Source: Chiloscyllium plagiosum (lineage: Eukaryota). From it: DNA of 64,000 nucleotides. The stretch is from contig NC_057728.1 of assembly GCF_004010195.1 (NCBI RefSeq), positions 51,945,459 through 52,009,458 on the forward strand, written 5' to 3'. How positions within the stretch are numbered: the first letter of the stretch is position 1; each line of letters starts with the position of its first letter. The position numbers and the translations under genes are program-made. The notes below the pieces were generated by a model, which saw only the letters and a program-made list of their open reading frames with translations, ran no database searches and was not told the origin of the DNA. Positions 43,045-57,784 of this stretch are shown piece by piece.

Positions 43045-46000
43045 GGGATCTAAGATGGCGGCGATCTGAGAAGATCACACTGCAGAGCTTCGCATCGCAG
43101 CAAGAGCAGGATGGTCCTTTAACCCGCCCAACCCAGGTCATCAGGATTTCTTGGGGTGTTGGAAAGATTGTGGAGCCCCAAGAAACATTTTAAAATGGAC
43201 TTACCTGTATTTTCAGCTGTCCAGAAATGCCTAAAAAGGGAGGAGGAGCATCAGAGGCCAGGTCTGCAGCTGAGCCTGCAGCAGCCTCAGAGCCAATTAC
43301 TCTCCAGAACCTGGTGAACCAGCTCTCGAAATCTCGCGAGATGCTGGGGAAACAGATTGAAGAGAAGCTGGCTCCAGTCTCTCTCATGCTGCAGAAGCAT
43401 AAGCAGCAGCTGGGAGACCTGGAGAAGATGACGGATGAGGTGGAGCACAGGGTCACAGTGGTGGAAGCTGACGCCAGTTCATTCAAGGATGAGATCCAAG
43501 CCCTGAAGACGCAGGTTCGTAATTTGCGTGACCAAGTGGATGGTCTTGAAAACAGGGGCAGGAGAAAAAAAAAACATTTGGATCATCGGTCTGCCTGAGG
43601 GTAAGGAAGGTGAGCGGCCTGTGGAATTTGTTGAAGATTGGCTTCCGAAATTCCTTCATTTGGAGACTGGCATGAAGAGGATTGAAGATAGAGAGGGCTC
43701 ACCAGGTCGTAGCACGGAGGTCGGGTCTGGGTCAACGCCCTCGCCCTTTCCTGGTGCGGTTCCATCATTACCGGGATAAGGAGAGAGTCATGGAGGGTTC
43801 CAGACTCCATGGGGAGGATCCAAAGGCCCTAATTTACGAGGGGTCTAAGATCATGTTTTTTCTGGACTTTTCAGCAGCGATGATCCAGAAACGAAAATCG
43901 TATGATGGTGTCAAGAGAAGACTGAAGGAGCTTGGGATTCAGTACACCCGGAGATATCCGGCAGTGCTTCGGATCACCTTAGATGGATCCATGCATCTCT
44001 TTGACACGTCGGAGAAGGCAAGAGACTGTGGACAAACTAACCTAATTTAAACAATTGAATATATGTATAAATATTGTTGCTTGGGTATGCGTTTATCATT
44101 CTGCAAAAGAAATGCAGGAAATCCGGTTGGAGCTTTGTTTTTCCCCTTTTTTTTCCTCTATTGATAATAATTTGATTCAAACTATATCTGGCGGTGGTTA
44201 GGATATACATTTTAAATTTTAAGTTAGGACATACCAAAGGATGGATGGGGTATTTATTCCCCCTTTGTTTTTATAAAAGAATGTTTTTTTAATTCTTATT
44301 GATATTCTATGAGGTGTTTATTCTTTTTAGCTTGTGCTTGCGATGCGGCTCTAGCTGGGAGAAGTGAAGGTGGTTGAGATGGTTAGGTGCCTATTTATGG
44401 GCAGTTTGGGACGGGTAGTTGCCCCCTCTGGGCAGGGGGCGAGTTCCCCTACTCAGCGTTATTGGCGTTTTATATGTTGGTTTGTTTTCTGGTTTTTGTT
44501 GTATTTTATTTTTAATAATTTTGTATGTTTGTTAAATGTAGTGGTTTTAGTTTATGTAGTTTTTATATTTGGTGGACCATGCAACACAAAGGCTCAGCAA
44601 TTTGTGGTTCCGATTCCTCCCTCTGGAATTTAAATGTAATTGCAGAAGATTATGGCTAATGATTTGATTAAATAGTGTATCTGGAATATCAAGGGAAGTC
44701 ACTCACCAATTAAGAGGAAGAAGGTACTCTTGAGTCTTAGAAAGAAGAAGGTGGATATTGCTTTGTTACAGGAGACACATTTGGATGACAAGGAGCATCT
44801 GAAATTACAGCAGAATGGCTTTGACCGAGTTTATTTTTCATCATTTAATACCAGAAGTAGGGGAGTGGCTATATTGGTTAGGAAAAATCTCTCATTTAAA
44901 TTGTTGGAATGTGTTAAAGACACATACGGGAGGTTTGTAATTCTTAAAGCCTTGATAAATGGGGAAGAATATGGCATTTTAAATGTTTATTGTCCACCAG
45001 CTCATCCTCTTAAATTCTTGGTAAATGCTTTTTCTAAACTGATAAGTCTCAAGTCTTGGCACATCATTAAAGGGGGAGATTTTAACTGCCTCATGGACCC
45101 CACAGTTGACAGGCTGCCTAAAGGTCCCTCGAAACCCTCTGCACAAACTAAACAGTTATTGGGTTTGTGTGGGGAATTAGGGTTGGTGGATGTCTGGAGG
45201 TGTCTCCACCCTACAGGTATGGATTTCACGTTTTTCTCCAATCCGCACAGATGTCACACGAGGATTGATTTTTTTCTGATCCCCTGCGGTAACCCTGGAT
45301 CTGGTAGCATCCTGTACGATTGGAGCATGATCAGAGATGACAATATTACCAGTGTGCCTCATGGTTAAAATTAAGGATGTTACAGTGGATTCAAGGTACT
45401 GGAGAAGGGACCCCTTTATTCTCATGGACAGTAAGTTTGTGGAGTATTTCCCTAGGGAATTTTGGGCATTCCTAGACATCAACATAGGCTCGGTTGATAG
45501 CTCATCTGTTCTCTGGGAAACTGCCAAAGCTTATGCCAGGGGGGGTTAGTTATTTCATATTCCACCAGTAGGAAGTGGCAGAAGGGTGAGCAGCAACGTC
45601 TCCTTGAAGGACGGTTGAAGGCAGCTGAGAAAGCCTATTTTGACAGACCCTTGTTGGTCAAACTACAGAGGATTACGGCACTGCGGTCTGCACTAAATTC
45701 TGTGCTCACGCAGGCGGCAAAGAAGGAGCTGGCTTTTGCAAAGCAAAGGTTATACGAGCAAGGTGACAAGCCAGGCAAATACTTAGCATACCTTGCCAGA
45801 AAGAGAAGTGCCCCACAAACCATTACAGCGATTAGGGAAGGGTCTGGGAACCTAACATGTGATTCTAAAAAGATTAATGTGGCGTTCCAGAGATTCTACT
45901 CTAAGTTATATCAGTCTGAGAATTGTGAGGAGGGGCAGGCCAAAATGGAATCCTTTTTAGAGACCTGAAGCTCCCAGGTGCGACTCCCGAACAACAGTCC

Positions 46001-48630
46001 TTTCTCAATGCCCTATTATCAGAGCAAGAAGTGCAGGAAGCTATGAGGCAGCTTCAGAGTGGAAAGGCGCCCAGTCCTGACAGACTTCCCAGTGAATTCT
46101 ATAAGGAATTTATCAGTATACTGTCAGGCCCGATGCTGAATATGTTTAATGATTCATACAGTCATGATTGTATCCCATCACTAAGGGAGGCCATTATTAC
46201 ACTTATCCTTAAAAAAGGGAAGGATCTGGAAGACTGTGCTTCGTACAGGCCCATCTCGCTCTTAAATGTGGACTTTAAGATCCTCTCTAAGACTCTCGCG
46301 TTAAGGCTGGAGACTGTGTTACCCTCTATTATTAAAGAGAATCAGACGGGCTTCACAAAGGGTCGCAGATCCTCCAATAATGTTAGGAGGCTGCTTAACG
46401 TAATTCAAGCATGCCCACAGCAGTCAATACAGGGATTGGTGATTTCTTTAGATGCAGAGAAGGCATTTGACCGAGTTGAGTGGCCGTACCTTTTCTATAC
46501 TCTAGACCGGTTTGGCCTGGGCGAAGTTTTCATAAGATGGGTAAAGGTTCTCTACAGTGTACCTCTCACTGCGGTCATTACCAACGGGGTACGATCAAGC
46601 AATTTTAATATTTTTCACCATTACTTTTTACGTTGGTGATTGAACAGTTGGCAGAGGCCATTCGTGGGGATCTCAATATATCGGCTCCAGAAGTGGGGTC
46701 AAAATTACATAAGATCTCGCTGTATGCAGACGATGTTCTAATTTTCTTGACAAATCCAGCAGTTTCAGTGCCTTGACTGATACAATGTATTCACATGTTT
46801 GGCGCTTTTTCCAGGGTAGAAGATTAATTTTGCTAAATCAGAGGCTATGCCTATGGGTGGTCTTACGAAAGAATTGGCTCTTGAGTGACTATAGATTCCC
46901 ATTTAGGTGGTCACAGGGGGGGTTGTGTGTATTTGGGCATATTCATTACTCCAGTTCTGGATTGGCTGTTCAAAGCCAATTTTACTCAATTATTTGAAAA
47001 AATATAACAAGATCCTTAAAGATGGGAGGCACTTCCAGTCTCATGGTTGGGTCGGATAGCGCTTAAGATCAATATTCTCCTTGTTTGCTACATCCTATAC
47101 AGATACTCCCCCTGATTTTCAATAAACAAACAAACACTCAGGAGACTGAACGGTTGGTTCAGCTCCTTTATCTGGCACCGTAAACGGCCCCTCATTAAAT
47201 TAGCCAAACTGCAGTTGCCACACAGATTGGTGGGTGGGTTGGGGGAGACAGGGGACCTTCCGGACATCAAAAATTACGAATTAAGCTCACTTTTGCCCTA
47301 CGTGAGTGATTGAGTATGTGGGGACCCTCTTTCAATATGGCTAGATATCGAAGCCTCCCAGGCAAGATGCCCCCTTACCAGTTTGCTGTTTTTGGACAAG
47401 GTGAGGACAGTTAGGGAATATTGCCATAACCCAATAGTCATCAATACTGTTAATACTGGAGGGCAATTTGGCAGAGGGAAGGTAATATTGGCAAAACATC
47501 TTTGTTTACACCTTTAGTGAGTATTCCGGGTTTTCAACCAGGTATGATAGATTCAGGATTTAAACGTTGGGCAGCTAGAGGTATATCTTGCATGGGTGAT
47601 TTATTTGAGGGAGATATAAATGATGTCCTTCGATCAGTTAGTACGGAAGTACAAGTTACCTAATAGAGATCTCTTTCGTTTTTTTCAAGTTAGGGATTTT
47701 ATTAAAAAAAAGACCACACTTTTGACTGATCCTTACAAATCTTGCATAGAAAGAGGGTATTAAGGGCTAAGAGTACCCTCTCTGTCAGTACTCTATATCA
47801 TCAATTGGGGGGTGCCACCTCAAATGAGTCTGATCGACTCTGCAAGATGAGACCGTTTGTCAAAATTTAAACCAGGGGTATCTTCAGCATGTCCCAAGTG
47901 CAAGGTCTGCACAGGCACTGTTTCGCATTGTCTTTGGTCTTGTTACAGGCTTCAAACATATTGGAGCGCTGTCGCGAGTGCAATGGAGAGGAATTTAGGT
48001 GTAGAGGTGGAGAAGGACCCTATTTCTCTCCTTTTGGGCCTACCATTTGTATTTCCTGCAGACACACATAAGAAAAAACTTTTCAATATTCTTACCTTCT
48101 GTGCAAGGAAGAATATGTTGCTAGGATGGATATCCAAAAAAAACCCCAGGCCTGTCGGGTTGGCGGAAGATTGTTATGGAGTATATTCCCCTGGATTTTC
48201 TCTCAAATATGGTACACAACAAAACTGAGAATTTTTACAAGACATGGCAACCCTTTTCGAAATACCTGGACACAGATTTATCTGCCACACTAACAAGGGC
48301 TTTTATATAGCCGTAACGATTGTGTTTCATGAGTCCAATATCCAGGGAGGAGGAACTGTGAATGTATGAGTGTTTTGTTGGTTGGGCTGAGTTATTACTA
48401 TTTATTTGTTTGTTGTTAGGTATTTATTTAGTTAGTTAAATAGCTAGTTTAGGTTTATTTTTTTTTAAATTTTATACTTCTCTATATATGTTTATACATT
48501 CGTATAGGAGGGTGGGTTGGGGAATATTTTTTATTATTTGGGTTTAGTTTTGTACTGTTTTGAATTGCATTGTTTTGTATTTATTGTAATATTTAAAAAT
48601 CTATTTTTTCTGAATAAAATTATATTATAA
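43045..48630 (+). mobile_element. Full-length decayed L1-clade LINE (ORF1 ~43227-44040; ORF2 ~44652-48310), antisense to POLR3B
   Basis: ORF1 coiled coil plus LENRGRR, IIGLPEG, IERAH; ORF2 APE (LQETH, GGDFN, RIDFF), RT (YRPISLLN, LDAEKAFD, LYADD near 46720), CCHC (CPKC..HCLWSC); AATAAA 48613; TSD AGAAAAGGACCARCTG (43029-43044 / 48631-48646). Confidence 0.93.
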
Positions 48631-49143
48631 AGAAAAGGACCAGCTGCTTGTTTAAATTTTAATACCACTGGAACTATCTAGAGAGAGAGAAAAATATAGT
48701 TTCTTCAATATAAACATCCAATGACTGACCAGTGATAGATTGCCTCCTTTATATTGTACTAACTGGACAAGTTAAAATCAAAGCTAAATGTTCGCCCTTC
48801 TAACTTCTAAGCTTCATCGGCAGTTTTAAAAGCCAGGAAGCAGTGCTGAGAAAGGTCCCATGGCGACTGGAAGTCGACTAATACTTCCCGGGCCATTTAT
48901 TTTATTCACGTTTGGATTGGAGGTAACTAATGCAAGTTGACTTCAACTGCAAGTGACAGCATAGTAATAACTGTTTCTGTTTTCACAATACTGGAGACTT
49001 CTTTATTTAAACCCAATTTAGAAAAGAAGAGTAACCTGACAGAAGTCTTCAGGAAAATGAAAGGGTTGACAGGGTATATGTGGTGAAAACACTTAATTGA
49101 ATAAAATGCAAGTTTGATCATCCTTTGATTTAACCCAACATCA

Positions 49144-49338
<195 letters not shown>

Positions 49339-50425
49339 TTAGCACTCAGTAGTGCTTAATTGTGCGCCAGTTTCTGAAGTTCTTACTGGTACTTAAAATC
49401 CCTTGGAGCATTTAGTTCCCATGGCACTGATAAACTGAGAAACAAAAGCAGAAGCGTTGGGAGAAGTGGGGTGGGGGCAGTGCCATGAGATCAGGGTAGG
49501 AACTGCAGACGGTCCGTAGAATAAATGGCATTTCCAAGCACCAGCTTTAGAAATTCTTATTGCTGTATCAAAAACCTTTCACAAACCAGTGTTTGCAAAG
49601 CACATTCAGGATGGAAATGCAATCTGAGGGCTTTACTAAATCTGATCTCCAGCATCTGCAGTCCTCACTTTCTCCTGCTTTACTAAATCCAACAATTCTA
49701 TGTTGTTGGGTGTTAACTGTATATTAACGGTGCTTACTTGTATGGAAGTGATAGGCATTAACTTGGAATTTACTTGTGCCCCTGTAAATCGGCAGGCTGA
49801 AACTGCAATTATTGGGTTAGGAGGCGCTTGCTTATAACTTGAGTGCATCACTGTAAACAAATGCTTATGTAAGAAGGAAAGATGAGCTCAAGTTCTATTC
49901 TACATCATCTGGTTTTCAGTATTATAACATGGTTGACAACAGAGATTATGGATGCAATGGAAATGAACAGCTATTCCCCAGTTAGCATTTCACCAAGTTA
50001 ACAATGTTACGTCACTGACCAGAGGAGAAATCTTTATACTAACTGTTTCTGATGTAAACTAATAACTTAAGGGACAGGCAACATCCTTCTCACAAACATT
50101 CATAGATGTTTAAATATTTCAGCGCAGTGGGATGCAAGAGGAAATTAGATTAAACTGTCTCAAGCATAAAAAGTGTGCTGAGAGTTCGTTTGGAGCCCTG
50201 GTGGAACAGGAACTAATGTAGCTTAAATGGGCACAGAGCAATGGGTGAGCCAAAGTGTAAAATAGGAATCACGCAAAGATTTGGATGAGTTCAAGTTTAT
50301 AGAGGATGCAGATTCAGAAGGCAGGCTAAGTCAGCTCAGCCTAATCTAGGAGCACCAAAGATAAAGACAAGAGGTAGATGAGACAGAGACATTACAGAGA
50401 TGGGAATAGGCAGTATTGCTGATGG

Positions 50426-50519
50426 CAGCATTCCTGAAGAAGGGCTCATGCCCGAAACGTCGATTCTCCTGCTCCTTGGATGCTGCCTGACCTGCTGCGT
50501 TTTTCCAGCAACACATTTT
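50426..50519 (+). mobile_element. Mini PLE terminal element with intact hammerhead core (50431-50464)
   Basis: CTGAAGA-A-GGGC tcat GCCC-GAAA-CGTC; TSD CARTATTGCTGATGG (50411-50425 / 50520-50534). Confidence 0.8.
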
Positions 50520-50659
50520 CAATATTGCTGATGGAGCAGACGTGGTCAGAAGCCTATTCCTGGGTCAAATATGACATCTAATTCTAGAACTATCCAAGAT
50601 TTCTGCACTTTGAATTTTGCACTATTTTACATCCCCAATTTTAAATTGTTTTACAATAA

Positions 50660-51412
50660 ACCTCAATGGAATCAATTTATGTAAAGGGGCAGTACAGAGA
50701 GATCTGGGTGTTCTTGTACACCAGTCAATGAAGGCAAGCAGCAGGTAGTGAAGAAGGCTAATAGCATGCTGGCCTTCATAACAAGAGGAATTGAGTATAG
50801 AAGCAAAGAGGTGCTTCTGCAGCTGTACAGGGCCCTGGTGAGACCACACCTGGAGTACTGTGTGCAGTTCTGGTCTCCAAATTTGAGAAAAGACATTCTG
50901 GCTATTGAGGGAGTGCAGTGTAGGTTCACGGGGTCAATTCCTGGAATGGCAGGATTACCTTACACTGAAAGACTGAAGCGACTGGGCTTGTATACCCTTG
51001 AGTTTCGAAGATTGAGAGGGGATCTAATTGAGACGTATACGTTTATGAAAGGATTGGACACTCTGGCAGTAGGAAACATATTTCCACTGATGGGCGAGTG
51101 CTGAACCAGAGGACACAGCTTAAAAATACGGGGTAGACCATTTAGGACAGAGATGAGGAGAAACTTCTTCACCCAGAGAGTGGTGGCTGTGTGGAATGCT
51201 CTGCCCCAGAGGGCAGTGGAGGCCCACTCTCTGGATTCATTTAAGAAAGAGTTGGATAGAGCTCTCAAAGATAGTGGAATCAAGGGTTATGGAGATAAGG
51301 CAGGAACAGGATACTGATTAGGAATGATAAGCCATGATAAGCCATGATTATATTGAATGGCGGTGCAGGCTCGAAGGGCTGAATGGCCTACTCCTGCACT
51401 TATTGTCTATTG
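50660..51412 (+). mobile_element. CR1 3' fragment, relatively well preserved
   Basis: ORF 50748-51104 [15 protein letters not shown]..; (TATTGTC)n end. Confidence 0.9.
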
Positions 51413-53414
51413 CCAGTTTTGTTTTTTGCAATCAGAGCTCACAGCACTGGAGTTCCTTTTATGAAACCCTCAGCCTCTAAACTCCTCTCGCCATTTGTCT
51501 GAATATCACCTCCTGACAACAGTATCTTTCAAACATTGCTTACCCCATTTTGGAGGTTTCAAAATTGTTACCAATCACACTGAGTACTGTGAAGGAGTGG
51601 TGCAGATATTCTTGATTAGGAAGACCTTTCAGAGCATGGAGGGGGTACCCTGAGAGAATGAGGGACCCAGCTGGAGCAGGGCTTTGCTTCTATAACTGGG
51701 TCAGAGATCCATAGTGGCCATTACTACCTGGGAGCCTGCAGCTCCACTTGAGGGTCTCGACCCCACTTTGGGAAGCCCTGCCTCAAGATGGACATTTTGT
51801 TTGATTACATCTGAAATGCCTTCAACATTTTACTGCATTAAAGGGTGCAACAGAAAAACAAGCTGCTGTTGTAATGGTGACTAATACCCACAATTCGTAA
51901 CTGCCTAATCGTTCCAACTTACGGTGATTATAAACAAGAGCAGATGCTCTGTTGCTGTTTGTTTTGAATTTGTCGGGTTCAAGGCTGCAAAGAAATATAA
52001 TACCTACTGATTTTCGTCTAGATGGTGTGCCCGAGAGATTAATCTTTCATACTAGCAATCTCTAGGTCAAAGGAAGTGTGATGGACATCACAGATTAACA
52101 ATGCAGTGCAGTTTCATACGGAGTACACGAGGTTCCAACATCTGAGGAGTTAACAAGGACTTGGGTAGGTCCTTGGCTCAAGAGCTAACGGTGGTCAAAA
52201 TGTGAGCCTCCAATTCAGACTTCACAGTTGGAGTTCAGTGGTTGCAATGGCAGGCCAATCCAAAGATGCTTTGCAATGGCCATTTTCAAAAGTTTTGTTA
52301 AGATTAAAGCCCAATTAGGCAATCCATTGACTGCTGACATTGAGTCTCTACTTTCTGGTGGGGTGGGAGCACATATCCTATCTGTGAGGGGTACCAGATA
52401 ATCAGAGGCTGACTGCACTCTGGCATAAATCAGTTGCAGTGGCCACTGTTCACCTTGCAGCAGGTCCCAGAGGTTGGGGCATCAACACTGGAGCCCTCTC
52501 TCACAGAAGAAAGTGAATGGAGCAGGAACACCGAGAAGGCCCTAGCAAGGGGGAGCAGTGATAAAGATCAGAGTTGCGTCCTTCCTGCAAGTGGTCCTTC
52601 TGTTGGACATAGGAAGAGCATACATCTTGTATCCAACCCACTAACAAGTTTATAGGCACTGGCTGTTTGCCCACATGGCGCAGTTTAACACCAGTGGCAC
52701 CACCATGAGACCCTTAAAGGTGAGTTTCCCAAATAATGGGTTACAACTGCCAGTGAGGTACAGAGAGGATTTTGTGGACACGAGCATTAACAGCAGTAAG
52801 GCCCCCGTCCTGTAAATCCTTATTTTCTTTTAAATGGTGGTCTAGGCTTAATGGGCCCGTAATGTTTGACCCCAACTTCTACTCCAAAAAAGGCCAATGG
52901 AAATGTTGGTGCTTTAAAAAATCCCCAAAGATCAAACACTTTTCTGGTTTGCACATCCCATCCCCAGGCTCACCCTCTCTCCCCACTGACCCCTCACACC
53001 AACTTCCTTTAGACCTCACTGTGGGATGGGGGTGAGTCACAACCGTTGTCAAGAATGCTGCAACAGTGGAAAACGTTTCAGGAAGCACGGACTCTGGGAC
53101 ATCCAGGCGAAGCCAATGCCTTCCCAAAAGGGTACACAAGGTGGTCTTCACCCAAACCCCTCATCAAATTCCACCCCACGTTTGTAACAAATGGAATTTG
53201 GACAGTTGTCCTGCTTTGTAGTATTTAATATGGAAGCTTTGGAGTCCATTGCCTGGAACACACAAGGAATGACCAGCGACACTGTACCCTACACCAGGAA
53301 GAGAGTGTTAATTTGCTGAGTTCACATTTCCATGGTAAATTGAATGTCATTCTGATGATTGTGACTAGGTAAATCTCAGGTTGCTGGTGTTACTGGTGAA
53401 GCCAACAAGCCTAT

Positions 53415-53720
53415 GCCAGCCATAGCTCAGTGAACAGCACTCCTCTGAACAGAAGGTTGCAGGTTCAAGTCCACTCCATAAGAATTGAACAAAAACCTGG
53501 GGTGACACATACTGAAAGAGTGCTGCACTGCCAAGTGCCATCACTTGGCTGAGATGTTATTCTTGCCTCTAACACAAATTGTGAAAACTTCAATTTTATT
53601 ATTCGAAAGTACACAAGTGAAGTTCACCCAAAGAGTGTCCTGGCCAACATTTATCTCACAACCAACATCACCAAATCAAATTATTTGGTCATTATCACCT
53701 TGATTTTTTTGTTGTAGAAC
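53415..53720 (+). mobile_element. Ancient tRNA-derived SINE (SacSINE/Deu-like)
   Basis: Degenerate A box (TAGCTCAGTG) and B box (GGTTCAAGTCC) with a body shared with 60660-61395. Confidence 0.55.
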
Positions 53721-53899
53721 ATGCTATTTGCAAATTATCTGTGTTTCCTAAATAACGAGGACAATTTCACTACCAAAAGCATTTCATTTTCAAATGTCTT
53801 GAGGAGATGACAGGCAAGTTCTTTCCTCCTCCTTAGTGGTTAACAAAAAACACACAATTCTGCAAATTAAGAGAATAAATTGAAAAGGTTAAGGAATTA

Positions 53900-54151
<252 letters not shown>

Positions 54152-54383
54152 TCATCAGCTGCATGATGAAAATAATCTTATAGCAACTGGGTGATTTCAT
54201 CTTTATGTATAAATCAAATTTAAAATCAAAATCACGTGAAAGAAAGCAAAATTCCAACCTGAAACAGGTGCAATAAGAACAGATAACCTCCCCTTAATTA
54301 AATTTGAATCATTTTTTTTTTAGTTGGGGCTTCATTAGGTTCTTGGTTACAATATAAAAATTCATGGATTGCCTTTAGAATCA

Positions 54384-54474
54384 CTCCTGATGAAGGGCTT
54401 ATGCCTGAAATGTCGACACTCCTGCTCCTCGGATGCTGCCTGACCTGCTCTCCTTTTCCAGCGCCACACTTCAA
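54384..54474 (+). mobile_element. Mini PLE terminal element with hammerhead core
   Basis: CTGATGAAGGGCTTATGCCTGAAATGTC; TSD CTTTAGRATCA (54373-54383 / 54475-54485). Confidence 0.75.
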
Positions 54475-54668
54475 CTTTAGGATCATTTACCCTTGGAAAA
54501 GGCAAGACCTTGAATAATCCAGTTTTTGTCACAACTAGGAATATATTAGTTCAGCAGGACATTGGGAAATTGCTGTTTAGTAAATTCATATGTTATTAGC
54601 AAATGCAGAAACAAACAATTTCATTGCTCTGACAAATAGTATCGGCTTAGTGATCTATTTTCCAAACA

Positions 54669-55029
54669 GAATAGAATCCATAGAATCCCAACAGTGTGGA
54701 AGGAGGCCATTTGGCTCATCCAGTCCATAATGACCCTCCAAAGAGATCCCACTCAGATGCACCTCCCTACCCTATCCCCATACCCTACATTTCCCATGGC
54801 TAATCTACCTAACCTACACATTCCTGGATACTATGGACAATTTAGCAAGGCCAATCCACCTAACCTGCATATCTTTGGATTATGGGAGGAAACTGAACCA
54901 CCGAAAGGAAACCCACGTGGACACAGGGAGAATGTGCAAACTCTACACAGAGAGTCACCCGAGGGTGAAATCGAACTCAAGTCCCTGGTGCTGTGAGGCA
55001 CTAGTACTAACCAGTATGCCATACTGCCC
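54669..55029 (-). mobile_element. HE1-type SINE
   Basis: Homologous to 25820-26099. Confidence 0.8.
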
Positions 55030-56686
55030 CAAACATAACCTGCTGAGGAGCAAGCATATGAGTTTCTGTAGTGTAAACTTGGTAATTATTTAAATATTTG
55101 AAATAAACTCTGTAAGGACCTCTGCTTTGGTTTTGTTCCTGGCTTGACCCTGCTTGGTGCACAACTTCTTAAACCGCTGAGAGCAAGGGATTGTTACCGC
55201 AGCTCAATCTTGATCAAAAAGGAGGGAAACTTAGAAAATTGCAGGCACACAAATTTACACAATATATAAACTGAGTATAAACTGAAAATACAGATGTTGC
55301 ATGGACTACTTTAAGCAATTTCTTTAATAGGTCTTTTACTGTTTCATTTAAACGTAATCAGTTAAAAAAGGAAGGCAATGGGAAAAGGGCAGAGGAATGG
55401 GACTAACTGATATATTTTTTAAACAAATGGCCTCCTTCTGTGATATTTAATTCTAACAGAAAGTTGGTTCTCAAAGTCATCACATCAGTCTCACACCCTC
55501 CTCATCTTTCCTTTAAGATTTTTTCATACTTTTTTTTGCAAGTTATTATTGAATCTATGTCCATTGCTTTTTGTAAGGTCAATGCAATATCCTACTAAAA
55601 ACAATTTCCCATCTTCTTTTTGGTTCTTTTGTTAGTTATCTTAAATCTCATTACTCACACCATCGAAACCTCTTGTAATTTTAAACACCTCTTATAAAAT
55701 CTCCCCTTAACCTTCCTCGGTCCAGTCTTTCCTCATAACTGAAGTCCCTCATCCCAAATATCCTTAAGTAAATCTGATTGTGTGGGAAGTTGGTTCAGCC
55801 AATAGTCCTCAGTTAAAAGCAATTCGTTTTTTTTCACAAAGGCTGCACAGTGTCACGATGGTGCCATTAATCATGGCTATGCATTCAACCTGCTCAACAT
55901 TTACATCCATGTTTCGACAGTCACCTCGCTTTCTAACGTCAGAAGTGACGACCAGTCACTGTATCCAGGGAGCTGATTGTACAAGCTCAGGTCTGGGCAG
56001 CTGAATACACCAGCCACACAGGGAAAAAAAAAACAGACAATGAATTGCAAATGACACTCCAAAACAAAAACACAAAAAGCTTCACACACAAAACCAACAA
56101 TGGGACTCTGCATATATATCGATTTGCAGTTCTGTATGCACTGATCCTACTTAACTGTGTGTGGCAACAAACTGTTCACTTTGAAAATGATGTCAAACGG
56201 GTACAAACACAGAAAGCAATTAGGAGAAATCTTTAGTGCTGGTCTTGCACCACTGACCCACTCCCAGTAAAGAGCAGTGACAGGAACAACGCACAACGAA
56301 ACAAATGCTCAGAAAATCAGTACAGGAACAGAGTGATAAATAATGTCCTTCACAATATAATCAAGAATTATTGAATTTACCACAGGGAAAGTGGTCGCTC
56401 AACTTTGCTTTAAACTGATCCAATCTCATCAAATCATATTTCCCTTCCTTTCTTCCCCTCTTATTTTATAAGCTGGCTTTCAAATCTTTGTCAAATTTCC
56501 TTTAAATAAATTGCATGCCCTGTATCTCTGGCTCCTTAGGATAAAGCATTCCCTGTTTGAATAACAGCTTTGTGAACAAAAATTACTCTAATCACCCCTT
56601 CACTTCAGCCAATGACAATTCTCAGTCTGGCTCTCTTGTGACCCATTCACCAACCAGTTGGAACAAACTCACTCTTTGATTATTCA

Positions 56687-56923
<237 letters not shown>

Positions 56924-57784
56924 TTAAACAGGAAAACAATACAGAAATATCAATATTCGCACATCGGAAATGCCAGCAGGAAAGTAGAACGGAGCGACCT
57001 GCTTACTTAATTCTAGCTCATCCATTACAATAATTCTGAAAATAAAAGAGTTCTAGAATGGGAATTAAGTGTATTAGAAGCAGTTTTTTTTTCCATAGAA
57101 CAACATTGCCTCCACAGAAGAAACAAGTTGAGAGAGAAATTTGATACAGATGTTCAAAACAATAAAGTAAATAAGGAGAAAATGCTTCCAGTGGTAGAAG
57201 GGTTTGTAACCAGAAGTGACAGAATTAAAATAATTGGTAAAACAGCCAGAGGGGAGACGGGAATGTGCTTTAAGCAACTGGAATGCACGACTCAAAAGGA
57301 GCAACTGAAGCAGATTCAACAGCAATTTTCAAAAAGGAATTGCAAATATATGCAAACAGAAAACATCTCAAAGGCTACGTAGAAAGAGGACAGCGGAACT
57401 ACTTCAGTAAGGTCTAAGCATAAGCTGGTCAAACAGGTTGAACAGAAGAACCCTCAGCTGTTCCACACAATTCAGAGAATACTGTTGTTGATAAAGTGCC
57501 TTTGACATGAAGAGAAAATCTAATGTGTTTCACAAATAGCCACACAACCAAAACTAAAACTGTAGCTCTACAATTAATCAATAATATTCACATTCGAGCC
57601 CACAGCAGCTGCAAGAACTTGCTAACAAGTATGAACGACCATACAGTCATGGAGATGCATCTCTGGTCCTGGGTTCTGTGGGTGCTTGCCTGGCAAAGGA
57701 GCCTGATGCTAGCGCAGCAAATTTTGCATGTTAATGGGAGGTGGAGATGTTCCTTGGCTTGGAGATCATCCACATAATATCACA

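Noticed and set aside
43227..48310. Active L1 or domesticated ORF
   Set aside because: Both ORFs have multiple stops and frameshifts
51560..51780. Possible hAT MITE ending TTTGGGAAGCCCTG
   Set aside because: Only one TIR-like end found, no TSD
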